From positions 76,322,001 through 76,386,000 of the forward strand of contig OZ260664.1 of NCBI GenBank assembly GCA_965285935.1: 64,000 nucleotides of DNA, in the 5' to 3' direction. Both the position numbers and the translations under genes were made by a program. Numbering within the stretch: position 1 is the first letter of the stretch; every line of letters begins with the position of its first letter. Under the pieces are notes generated by a model. The model was given only the letters and a program-made list of their open reading frames with translations. It was not told the DNA's origin and ran no database searches. Of the stretch, positions 38,979 through 51,610 are shown piece by piece. Origin of the DNA: Ophelia neglecta. Its lineage: Eukaryota.

Positions 38979-41900
38979 TCAACTCAACCCAAGTCGAGCT
39001 AAACACATCAACTTACGCAGTCTGATCAGCTCCCAATATATGTCCTTGTCTGGAAAAAAATTGAGATTTTAAATTTCAACAGCAAAAACATATTTTTGGA
39101 GAAAGAAAGTGCATTAACATCCTGCGAGAAATGTGTACCCCACAGGAATTTATAATTATTACCCATGCCAGAATTGAAATTTTAATATGTTAAAAGAAAT
39201 AAGACCGAAATACCAGTTCATAAATGACATTACCTTCACTTTTGACCAGGCCTTGTGTGATATATCTGATATATGTGAAGAAATCACAAACAGATGTAAT
39301 CTGAGGAATATAAAAATATCTGGTTAATAGTTAGTACTTTTGGAAAATACACATGGCATACATGTACATTTACAGAAACAAGTAGATTAGAATCACAGGA
39401 TATTTTGCCATCAGGGAGTCAAATTAAGGATAGTGTGTCTCTTCTGTTCAGGCATGGATGGAGGCAAAATAGGCTTTTCTCATCCAGGCACAAGAAAATT
39501 CCAGTCACTGTCATTCAAACTGGGAGATAGTGAAATTCAGAGGTCAGGGAAGAAACCTCTTCTCAATGTCCCATATATGAGGTCAGAGATATGGCCAGAA
39601 ATGCTTCATGTGAGTAGCTCAAGAACCATGAAATAGCTCGTCTGAATCATTCAAAAACCCTTCGCTACTATATTCTTAATAGAAATCTCTAAAATCTCAT
39701 TTATTCATTAGTGGATAAAAACAGATTAACAAATTTCATTGTACGACAATGGTTTTTCCACAGACACTATTTTAGATAAAATGTAACATATTTTAGTGTG
39801 TTTAGATATTATCTTAAGTATTGCTTTTTGGAATGTAAAGCACTTACATCATAGAATAGGCGCTATAGAAATCAAGTAAATGATAAATAAATGTGATCAT
39901 TGTTCACTTAGCTGTAAGCACTAAAAAATTAGTTCTTACTCGGTTTCTTGCCAGAGTAGTAATGTGGTGGTTAGGCTGAGAATCCTCTAGTCGAATCCTG
40001 TATTTACATGGCCTTGTAGCTTCAGTAAGAGCACATTTCCTTTAAAAAAAACATTTAAACATAAAGCTTTTTCGTTGATAAAGTTGAACGAAACCCCTAC
40101 AGGCCTACATATATAACATGAAAATCTAGAAACAGTAAGTCAGGTCAAAAAACACATGCCACCCTCCCATTAAGAGATAGTAGGCATGTTTGCTAGAAGC
40201 TTCATACCAGACAAGCTCAAAAAAAGGGAGTATTCCATCATCAATAAACTTTGTTGCCTGCTAGTAAAATATTTTAAGTAAATTATTTCTTGTAACACTG
40301 TTGCTATTTCCAGTTCATCATACCATCTATTTTATCTCATCACCGCATGCATGTAATTTATATATACACACATATACTGTACTTGATTTTTTCGGTAATT
40401 ACACCAGATAAGCATCGACTTCTTGTAAAAACCAAAATGTAAATAAAAAAAAGTTTAAACCAAAGAAGGGAGTAAAGCCAGAGAACTCAATAAACTGCAA
40501 AGAATATTGTTTCCTATAGACTCCCAATGTTGTTCCGAGCCCTCGAAGCTAAATTTAGGTCTGTTAACCGAGAATATGATCCACCATTAGCACAAGCCCG
40601 GGGTGCCATGATTTGCGGCGTACAACATAATTCAATCATGGTGTGCCTGTGTATTGTGATAATCATTATATGCCCAGATAGTAGAAGTAGATTGCAAGTC
40701 AATCAGATATATCCACCACAACCTAATAAGTTCATGTCAATGCATATAGAGTCATTGTGGCCCTAATGTTGCCAATTTTTCAGTCAAAAGAATTGGCAAT
40801 GGAAGTGGAAAAGGAAGCCCAATACTTATCCCCCTTTTTGTTCATAAAAAAGGGGGGTTTTAAAATTAATTGTTACACAAAGTTAGGACAAACCTGGGAA
40901 AAGGATTCTTCTCAGGGACTGGCTCTATTGTGAGTGTGTTGTTCAGAATGCAGGCAAACACAGACTTTGACAGCTGCAAAAAATACACAACATGGGATAA
41001 AATAAAGGATTAGAATGTTTTTAAATCAGAATAGAAAATTCTTACATATGAAACTTTATACATGTATATGAGCTTAGTAATGGTACCTGATCATTTGTAA
41101 AGGACAAGCAAGGTGCTATTTCTTCCTTGATAATATGGGCTAGAAATGTTGAAGCCTGGTCTAGACTTGGTTTGGTTTTCCAGGCCTTGAACTGCTCAAA
41201 ATATACTGGGTCCACCTGCACATCAAAAATTTACATGTAAACATAACACTCATGGAAATACACAAACCATCAACTATCTATGTTCATGTCAGTTTATTTA
41301 TTGAATTAATAATGGTTCCATTAATAATATAAGTTCTGCTCCAGCTTTAGTGCTTAATGCATGGTTCAACACTTTCTTGGGTTTGTTCTTTATCCTGGAA
41401 GAAATAGGCTTCTTCCATGGTTTTGGCAAAATACCAGTACTGGGTAGCTACCAAAATATTATTTGAATGTTCCATTTGTTTACAGTATGAATAGAATTTT
41501 CAAGAAAAACCTTTCTTCTGTTAAATGTGCTGTGTGTACCTAATCTCATGGGAGTATTTAATTTTCCTCAGTTGTTTTAAAATATATGAGAACATACTTG
41601 TTAGTTCTAGGATTGCAGTTCTACGTTTGTAGTTTTTCTAATAATCATCAGATTAATTCCAATAGTTTTAAAGTTGAACATACAGTATACTACTGAAATA
41701 ATCATGCAAATAGATTCAATTTTATTTCATTTAATTTGACTTAAGCTTGTCCTATGCTATCATTCTAATTTAACAACCACTACATCCCCAACATCTCATT
41801 CAAACATTAGTGTTTTAACTTTAATTTCTACTTACTCTAGGTTTGATCAAATAAAGGCCATATTTTTTGAACCAATCAGATATATTAACTTTATGAGCAG

Positions 41901-44900
41901 ATATGTCCCTACACCCCATTTCATAGGATATTACTGTACCAAAGATATGTTGATACAACACACTTGCATTTATTATGCATACACATTTCTCATATAAACA
42001 CCATTTATAGTCAGTCTAACTTGTAATGAGACTAACTTGTAATCAGAATAACCTGAACTTACTTCCTTTTCTTCTGTAGGAGGAGGAGGAGTTGGAATGG
42101 CAAATTCCACATCTTGAGCTGAAACTTTGGAGAAGTTGTGGTGGCTAGTCGACCGGCGATGCCCCTTGACAAATTCCTTCTTAGCTGTATGTGAATCGAT
42201 CTGTGGATGAAGGTGCCTATTGGGCATGCTTGGTGTTGATGTTAGCAACATGCTCTTCAGTCCAGTCACTTCAGCTTGAAGAACTTCCACCTGTGTTCGG
42301 CAGTCTTTGAGCACCTTCTCAGATTGCATCCTCCTAACATGCGCATCCTGAACCATTTTATTGGCTTCCTGCATAAACATAGACCCAATCTAAGTTTCAC
42401 TATATGCAACATTGTTTTGCTCAAGAAGTACACTTTGGGGTGTGCCTGCACTAACTCCTTATATTTAAATTAATTTTCCTCCATTGAAAGTTAACATGGG
42501 GGGTGGGGGAGCAACTGTAGCTATTTATTATTGTAGGTGGGTGAGGTGGGGTGAGGTTATCAAGATATACCATGCATATATAACTTAAAGGGTCTATAGA
42601 AAATGTTTTTTGTGGTGGGTGGGAGGTACAAGAAAGTGTACCCAAGCCCTGGTGTTTTTCTAGATAATTCTGATACAAAAAAAAATCTTCGATAGAATAC
42701 ACCTTTTTTTTGACATTTCTTACTTCAAATAAACTTGCAGTCAGCTCTTCCAACTCTTGTCCCATTTGGTCCTGAACTCTAGCCAGTTTTTTGCACTCCT
42801 CATCCTTCAATTTTAAGTCCTGTGGAGATTAGAATCTGTATGCTATAATTCTAACAATGAAACTAGGATTTAAAGCATGCTTTCCATACATACATGTACC
42901 AATTTGTAATTTTCATTCAATAAAATAACATACATTTAATTGATGTGATAAAAACAAGTTTACCTGGATCAAACATTAAGAAACTATATTTGGCCATAAT
43001 AAAAGTTTAATTTTTAAGCCACTTGCCCAACACAAAAATGATTTGGCCAATGCAAAGTTAATTGTAGACATGACTAAACACTTTGTTCTAGGACAAACCA
43101 GGTTTTCTAAAACTAAGGTATAGAAAAATTTAACAACTTAAATTTAACTTGTCCTGCCCTTTTTTTTTACTTGTCCTTGATAATAGGTGATTCTCGTAAG
43201 ATAGAACTTTGTTAATATACCTGTTGTGCACGTAGCAATTCTTCTCTTAACCTGGCATGGGCATGTTCTTTGACCTCTAAGACAGAGGCACTCCTTCTTC
43301 TATAAATTAGCTCCTCTTCTCTCCTTTCTGCAGAGCTGATAGATGTCCCATCTCTGAAAGAGTTGATTGCAACTAATATGGAAACTGTCACGCAAACAGT
43401 GTAAAATCTGAGTGATAACAAAGTAAAAGCAACTAATAATTTGTAAACTGACTTAATAAGGGATATTCCAGGAACACTGCTTTGATATATTGACCCATTG
43501 TTTTCTATATGTCCCATTCACCCACACTGCAAGGGGACAATTTGGCCGATTTGAAATTGACGCACTGAAATGTCATTTGGAAATCTTTGCACATTTCCCA
43601 ACTTTGTCACATAAAGGTCACATTACTGCTGGACTTATGGAAATGCAGTGCAGTACCCTCTCTGTTGTGTAAATACGATATATATTTTCCCTTTAAGCAA
43701 AAAATCTTTGTCACTCGAGGAAACCAATTATGGTGATTGTGCCATCCAACTAAGTGAATCCACCCCCTTCCCCTTCCCTTTAAGTATTTAATCTGCTTGT
43801 TTGAACCACCAATCCCACCCCATCCCCACCCCTGTGTGACCCATGATTTTGCAAAAGTATCAGTTTCCCTCATTTGTTTCCTGGTGGTTGTATTCACAGG
43901 GATCTGAATTACATAAAGTTGTCTCCGATAAACGGTCCAGTATCGACCATCAACCGGCCCAGCGAAGTCAAAGACTTCGCAAGGGAACCAACGATTTTCC
44001 CGGTCAACTGTGAACACGCTCCGAGGCAAAAGTTTCGTGGCTTCTGATTTGTTGGCTGACATTTTGGACCAATCAGAAGCCACTTCTCATTTTGCCCGTT
44101 CAAACGTCCGCCATTAATGACTTTTTATCAGTTAGCAGAAGGAAAAACACTTTGGCTGCGTTTGAAAATTTTGGAGGATTTATCAACTTAAACATGTTGG
44201 ACGATTAGAAGGGAATGTACGAAGGAAGGTATAAAGTCCGGAAAAGCTGGAAGAAAGTGGCATATATTAGGTAAATATCGTGTTCACAGTTGACCGGGAA
44301 AATCGTTGGGTCCCTTGCAAAGTCTTCGACTTCGCCGGGCCGGTTGATGGTCGATACTGGACCGTTTATCGGAGAAAACTTTATGTAATTCAAACCTCTT
44401 TGGTTGTATTCATGTATCCTAATTTCGTTTATAAACTCCTGATCCTCTACCATGATAGGTGTCATGTAACAACTACCAGCTGTAAAAAGTTGACTTATTC
44501 TTAATAGGGTTAAATTTGTTAAAAAATGGGATTCCAGACTTTAACCAATAAAGTGCTGTCTTGCAGTTGAACCACACATTATAGGACAACTACTTCCGTT
44601 AAAATTACATGTATTGCAGTGCATCCTTTTATGGCAGAAATGGCCAGTACCTGATACCTCTTTTGCCTGTTTAAAGACTGAAACAGCGTGTCACCATCTT
44701 TAAACGCCATTGCTGGTAAAAAAATTGTTTGTTTGTTGTTTATTTCTAAATACTTGGGACACACATAGAATCCTATTGTCATTGGCACCTGAGATCGATT
44801 GGTGAAGAGTGAAAACTAGTAAAGTATGTGAAGGGTTTTGCAGATGATGAATCTCCACATCTCCATTACGCCCTGCAGGACGTGATAACACATTGCCTAC

Positions 44901-45212
44901 ACATAGGGATGAGCATTGATAATGTGATATCATGTTGCCCATAGTGCATGAGTGAAACCTGTGTAAATCAACCATTAAACTGTTGTATGCATACCCATTT
45001 TCTGTTCCTTCAGCTAAGTGCCTTGGAGATTTTCTCATTACCACTTGTACATCTTTCAGAGAGTCACTTTCAGAAGCTGAGTTTGATGAATTTGATGATT
45101 CAGATCTATTTCTTCCATTCGAAACATTATCTGACAAATCTTGACAATGACTAGACTCTGAAATATCACAGTGTGTGGCCGAAGATTGAACGTGAATAGC
45201 ATCAGCCATCAT
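38979..45212 (-). CDS. RAB3IP: Rab GEF of the Sec2/Rabin8 family (RAB3IP/RAB3IL1-like), 399 aa
   Basis: Exons 45212-44995, 43353-43221, 42819-42724, 42368-42063, 41215-41087, 40973-40894, 40039-39940, 39300-39234, 39049-38979 (1200 nt). Sec2 coiled coil [50 protein letters not shown]; C-terminal KCALT..CKYRI, ITSVCDFFTYIRYITQGLVK, IYWELIRLRKLMCLARLG. The first coding exon is less certain. Confidence 0.93.
43895..44402. mobile_element. 508-bp non-autonomous DNA transposon (P- or hAT-like; CA...TG ends, 8-bp TSD) in the RAB3IP intron
   Basis: ~125-bp TIRs (cacagggatctgaattacataaag...tgaacacg / cgtgttcaca...ctttatgtaattcaaacctctttg). TSD gttgtatt at 43887-43894 and 44403-44410. Confidence 0.85.
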
Positions 45213-46234
45213 GAATTATTGAAGATCTGCTAATTATCCGATGCGTATCACTTTATTTAGGTACTATGTGACGAAAATCCTGCTTTGCCATTGGTGACAT
45301 TTTGAGCGGTTGGTCATTTTACACTTTTGTCTTGGAACTAAGATATAATGAGCACTGCATCGTCGGGGAATCTGACGACAATATCAAGCTGGCTTTTCAG
45401 TCTACAGACATAGAGGTCCTCTCATTTTCAGGCAGAACCTGGAAGAGAAACTTTGTTCATTATACGAATGTAAACAGAAATGGTTATTTTCTGGATCTGA
45501 GACTTGATATAGATCTATAGCATAGTTTTCATTCCATCGTTCGACAGTGATCGAATTAGGGGGGTGGAGGGCGGAACCATCCACAAACACACTTCCGGTC
45601 ATGGTGTTGGTACTTTTCGAATGTAAACAAACTGGTTTCAAAGCCCCTTATTCGCTACTGGCGGTTGTAATCATTCTTTTCAAGCGAATACGTAATGGAA
45701 AATTGTATTACTTTAAATCAATGATTAATTATAAGATAAAACTTAAGAAATGAGTTTTTACCTGGCCTAAAAGCTGTATTCTTCTCCAGCTGACAGATAT
45801 CGCTTCTACGCGCAGGCGCGAATTTGGCTGTGATTTTTTTTAGCGAATTATTGTTACCCTAGATTATTATTGTAGTCAGTTAATCAATTTATACCCTTTT
45901 TAGCTAATTAAAGTTTCTACAGGATATTTTCAGACAAAAACGATTTTAAAATAATATTAAGTTGATCCCGTTCCAAATCACGCACCCTTCAGACGAGAAA
46001 GTTGTTTGCTTACCAGAACGATTTGTTGAAGTGTGTCGCGGATCAACATCGTATTTTTTGCTTCATTTATCAGTAAGTACAGTCTTGACAGTCAATTATT
46101 GAGGTATGAAATAGAGACAGAAAGCGCGTCTAGCCAAAACTTTTCTTTCTACCTCAAAAGTAATAATCTCTCTTTAAAACGATGTCCCTTTGAACTTTAC
46201 GTAGCGCTCCTGCAGTCTGTACTGTGTACTACTG

Positions 46235-48511
46235 GGTACGTACCGATTGGCGGAAATCGCGGAAATCGCGGAAATCCATTTTCTGACCCTAAAAAGGGTT
46301 TTTAAAGTGCGAAATAACTTTAACTTTCCTCTAACTATGTATCTGCTTCATAATAAACTTGATTTCAACCTATCTGGCTTCTCGGCAAAATAATTCCGTG
46401 AAATATTATTTTTGGTAGTCTCCATTCAGACTTACCACTGGCCGCTTATGCAATGGACAATATTGGCGTGTATTCTATCGGTCTTTAGGGCATTTGTATG
46501 TATGTAATTACTCCTCAGCTTTTACGTTTGTAACTAATGTTTCCTTTGGCATATATATCCCACATTTTAATTACTATGCTTCTTCCGTTTTTACCCTGAA
46601 TTATTATTTCCCTCCCTTATTAAGAGGAAATTTAATTGACAACTGCTGTCACTGTCACTGAATTATTTCTTAAAACCACTGTGACAGCATCTGTCAATGG
46701 CCGTGTCAACTTTCTTTCACTGTGCTTATCATTAACCAGTTTACCCAACTTTAATAATAAATTGTCACCTTCACCTTTAAGGCTTCGTTTACCAAATATT
46801 TCACGACATGAACATGATATTGGACATTTGAAACTGATTTTTCACAAAGGTGCTTTTTATCAAATAGGCTTTCATAAGTTTTGTTTGCCAACTATTTTGT
46901 CGTGGTTTTCGTTATTAGAATATCTTTTTTTGTCTTGGAGAATTGCGATGACAGATTTTTTTAAGGTGATTACAAATTCAACATTCTCAAGCATCTTGAA
47001 TATAACATGAGCACTATTAAATTATACAAGATCAATATGAGAGCTGGGTGCCTAATAATTCTTGCCAAATTTTCCTTGAGTAAGCTAGTTTTTCTAAATA
47101 TATTGCAATCATTTTAATAAATATTATATTGCAATTAGTTTTTCAGTTATCACTGTTTGTACATGATTTGCATTGCCATTCGTGTCTTGTTTTAGATACA
47201 ATAGTATTACAACTCTGAAAAAACCACTTATTGCAAAATTTTTTAGTACATTTTATCATATCATCATAAATTTCTGGCATTTTGCAACAACAATATAATT
47301 CTTTTTTACAGCTACCCTTCCCATAGTTTTGGCTTCCCCTATTTTAGGAAATGGTTCAAATTTCTTTTTTTCTAAACATTTAGCTAAATGATACTTTAAT
47401 TGTTTCCCATCATATTGTGGGGTATTTCTTTCTATGCCATCAACTCCCCTGTGACAATACTCCACTAGATTTGCTATTGCTATGTACCCACAATCATTAG
47501 AATTTTCTTGCCGTTGAATTGGTAGAACTCCAACAGAAAGCTCATCCAAATCTTTGCCAAAAAGTGCACTAATTTGTATTTGCAACCTTGGGTGAATACT
47601 CTTTTGTCAGGTGCTAAATACAAACTGAGCAATTGAGCCCAAATGTGTGAAAATCTTGTTTCTTTTGATGCACCATCTAGACACTGATTAAAGTATAATC
47701 AAAGAAGTAAAACTCTTTGTGCTATATAAACATTGACTTAGTGTTGCTGTAAAAGCCATCACATACTCGCTTTGATGAATAGCATCTCTTTTAAATGTGT
47801 CAATTATTACACATCCAATTCAGTATAAACCACTACACATGAATTGGTGAATGGAAGCCCCCATTCTTGAAATTTTTAACTCTTTTAACTTTTTTACTAA
47901 CATTCTCTGCAAATATATTATATACAGTGAAACCTGTGCTTGTGGAAATTATCTGGAGGACAACACACACACGAACAATAATCGAGCATCAGTTACATAT
48001 TTAGAAATATTTTATTCGACCAAAGAAAACAACCGCGCCAGTCTAGATGACCGTTTGCAACGCCTTTTGCATGATGTATGGGGCCCTGGTCCGCTGTACA
48101 GGTTTAAGTGATGTTCCAGACTGCGAAAATGTCTGTCACGAATGTTAGGTTTTTAGTCGTTTTTGAAGTGATTATGGTAAAAAAAATTACCAAAGTGTTC
48201 TTCAAGGTGCAATTACTTGATAAAAACAATTTGCGAGGTGGAAAACTATAATACAGTAGCAACAAGGAACCTTAACTTAAGTAATAGATGTTTCCAAATT
48301 TCCGCAAATTGCGAGTTGACAGCCCGATTACAATATTTCTTGCTGTAAGCATTACATAGCTTTTTTTAGAACAAAATCATTGGTGACAATTATATATACA
48401 CATATTTATTGACATGTAGCATTAAATTGGCCAAATGTGTCCAGAAATGTGATATATAAGCATTTCCGCGATTTCCGCGTTTTCCGCGTTTTCCGCCAAT
48501 CGGTACGTACC
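46235..48511. mobile_element. 2.3-kb Mutator-like (MULE) element carrying Ulp1 protease and PHD-finger remnants
   Basis: TIRs ggtacgtaccgattggcggaaa(t/a)cgcggaaa... at both ends; exact 9-bp TSD gtactactg (46226-46234, 48512-48520). Internal minus-strand fragment 47585-47256 PIQRQENSNDCGYIAIANL (C48/Ulp1 catalytic Q-x-N-x-x-DCG motif), followed after a frameshift by ELYCCCKMPEIYDDMIKCTKKFCNKWF (PHD-like). Confidence 0.85.
47205..47585 (-). pseudogene. Ulp1-like cysteine protease C-terminus plus PHD finger remnant (transposon cargo)
   Basis: QENSNDCG motif; YDGKQLKYHLAKCLE; downstream Cys-rich YCCCK..MIKC...C.KWF in another frame; N-terminal part absent. Confidence 0.7.
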
Positions 48512-49289
48512 GTACTACTGGTACCATGTGTACACTCCGTGTACTAGCCTGTGACTGGGGAACTGTGGTTGGGCATGTAGGGCTAGGTACAGCCTATTCT
48601 TGCAGTCGGGCTCACATATTGTGACTTCTTCACCTGTTCACTGGATGAAAACGCCACAGGCTCAGCGTTGGTTACATGCTAAAATCTTCAGTTTCATCGC
48701 CCTGTTGACGGTTAAACAATCTGACATAAATAGGGCATGTAATGCGGTGTATGCAAAGTGCGCAACCGCCCTAACTCCTAAACCGCCCTAACCCCACTGG
48801 ACAATTACCTAAACCGAGCGGAAATAGCAAGGATTTTCGGCGAAAATGCATCAGGATTAGTGCTACAGTTGTTTTTGAATAACTTGCTGAGCGCTGGGTA
48901 TACCAATTAGTACCAAAAAACGAGTTAACTTGTTCACCCGTTCTCCCGTGTTTACATCTGATAGTGGCCATGGCACCTGCACATCACACTCCCTCTCGTG
49001 GCGATTGCCCAAATTGAGGCCAATAAAGCATTGTTTTTTGTTCTCAATCTTCCAGAAACGAGTTTGTACCGCACAGTGTCATTCCATGTAGATAGAATTT
49101 GTAGTTGTGCCCTTTCTGACAAAATTATATGGTGACATTTGCTGCCTTGGTACATCCATTTGACGGAGCTACAGAATTTTGTAAATTTAGCAGGTTATTT
49201 CCCCCACATCGCCTAGAATCTAGAGGAATATTAGGCACCTATTTGGCACCTATAGCAAACAGCTTTTTTTAAATTTGCCTATATAACCT

Positions 49290-50290
49290 TGGTGTGTATT
49301 TTATCAAGGTCAAGTTATCAAATGATAATACGTACTATTTTAGCAGTTAGCCCCATATTTTGCATCTTCTTCTTTTGGAGCTTGGTGTTCATTTTCAAGG
49401 TCAGATTACCAGAATGATGATTTTCACCTTTATCTTGGCGGCTACACCCTAGCACTACATTGAGAACCTATATACCGTACCCGACCGGGTTAGCGCCCAT
49501 GTTCGTGTAAACGCCCACCCCCCATTTTGGGCAGAACTAGCTTAAACGCCCACCCCCAACCAGTCCCAGATCGTGATCTGAGCTTTGATTATCCCCTCAT
49601 ATTTTTCATCAAGTACGAGACTACGAGTTCCATGTTACTAATTGAGTGCACAAATTGACAAAACCAGTATTCACTAACTCGCAACTCTGGCAGCAAATTT
49701 TGATAATGAGGGTCCATCATAATAACCTCCACTCCTAATCCATAACAGCTTGACAATCTGCAATAAATCTTGTTTACTTCGTTCATCAAATGGAACAGGT
49801 GGTCTCCGTGATTTTAACTTGTGCGTTTCATCACAATTTATGGCAGAAGCAGTGACGTATTACTCAAGTTGAAACCATGCACACGACACCATTCTATGAC
49901 ATCACTCCGATAGGTGGCGCAATGTGTACAGTAGTACAGTGTTTCCAGAAAATTCTGTCATGGTCAACCCAGTCCATATTATCGCCCACCTGCCGAAGGT
50001 TTTTGGCTCCCTAAACGCCCATGTCTGGGTTAGCGCCCACCCCCCAATTTTGCGTTTCGGCCAATTTTAACGCCCTGGGCGCTAACCCGGTCGGATACGG
50101 TAAAACCACTTTTTGCATCTTATTGAGTTCTCCAATTTGACCTTGTTATTCATTTTCAAGGTCAAATAACTAGAATCATGATTTGCACCTTAATCTTCCA
50201 ACAACAGCCTAGCACTTCATTGAGAACCTATTTGTATATAACACCACATTTTTGCACCTTATAGAATTTCAGAATTTACCTTGTTGTTAA
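49290..50290. repeat. Degenerate ~130-bp tandem repeat (ttcattttcaaggtca...cctagcact.cattgagaaccta) interrupted by the MITE
   Basis: Similar units at ~49381-49472 and ~50141-50232, with partial units on each side. Confidence 0.6.
49475..50100. mobile_element. 626-bp Tc1/mariner (pogo/Tigger-type) MITE, TA TSD
   Basis: TA|ccgtacccgaccgggttagcgccca ... gggcgctaacccggtcggatacgg|TA; internal cgcccacccc repeats. Confidence 0.85.
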
Positions 50291-51610
50291 TTTTATTCCT
50301 TCTGCCATTTCAATAAGTTGTCAAGCAATTAACTTGCTACATAGACATACTTTCTGAACATCCATGCACTCATATAAGATGTCATCAAAATTTTAAATAG
50401 CTTGCAGAGAATTTGGGACCTGTTCATAATCAGATCCTAATTACATGTGCTTAAGTTAGTGTATGAAGGCAAATATCATTGATTACCTCTTGGTAACGAC
50501 TAACAAGTTTGTGCCACCGCTTTCAGGTATGTGTTGTAGACACAGACATACTTTTAAATTTAATATTGCAATTAACTGTTAGTGTTCAAAGATAATTTCC
50601 TTGACATTCTAGACTGATTAGATTGCAATATTAAAATACCAATTATTAATTTTGGGTGTCACTGTAGAAGTTTTACCTGTCCTCTATGTGTGGACTATAC
50701 CCAGTATACCAGGAGATATTAAATGTACATCACATGCAACATAGTCACTGTACATTGTACCTTTGGCTGAGGAAAAAGTGTGTTGTTTTGTGAGTGAATG
50801 CAATTGTGTATCATTTCAGTGCACAATTTATTTGTATCGTAAATCAAGAGGAGTGATATCTGTAGCTGCTGGGAATTTACCTGATCATAATTATTTCACT
50901 GTAGAAATTGATATAGATCTACAATAATGAAGCTTTCAATGTTTGACAAAATGTGATAAATTTAGGACAGTCTGCTTTACATTTTTAAATCCTCTTTTTC
51001 TTCTTTTATGCAACTACTAAACTTAATTTATCTTATCAAAGAAAATAATTGTGCCTTCAGTTTTCCAAATTAATGCATTACAAAAAGAAAACTTGGTGCT
51101 ATGAACCCAAAAAAAGTGTAAGTTTTAATAAAAAAACATGTAATTTTTGGTAATATTGTAGTTAATTTACTATTGTCCAACAAAGATATGCATTTCTTTC
51201 AATATATACTAAATATTGTTGGAAATAAACAGTATCTTGAGAATTTAAAAACTAGGGCTACAGACAGGACAGGGGCTATGGACGGGATATTTGGATATGT
51301 TGACTTGGTGACACTGTATTAACGCAATTTGTCAAAATTTGTATGCAAAATTTGGAGAGGCAATGCTTTAATGTATGAAAATACTATCAAATTGAAGGGC
51401 AACATCAAAAGGATGAAAAATGGGCAAAATTCATCAGAATACTTATCCTATCACATTGAAATTTTTGGACCTTCAACAAATACTTCATGGAAATTTATTA
51501 AACAGCAAAATACGTATTTATTGCTTTTATTTTAGTCACAAAACTGCTATAACAAGGCTAGTTATTAATTTGTAAACCTGATTGTGCTTTGAGCTGAATA
51601 TATAATTTTA

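Noticed and set aside
43607-44504. Pair of similar ORFs (FTVDRENRW.PC.VFDFAGPVDGRYW) on opposite strands
   Set aside because: Artefact of the transposon's inverted repeats, not duplicated genes.
46250-46276. Short direct repeats (gcggaaatc)n considered as a CRISPR-like array
   Set aside because: Subterminal transposon repeats with no spacers, in eukaryotic DNA.
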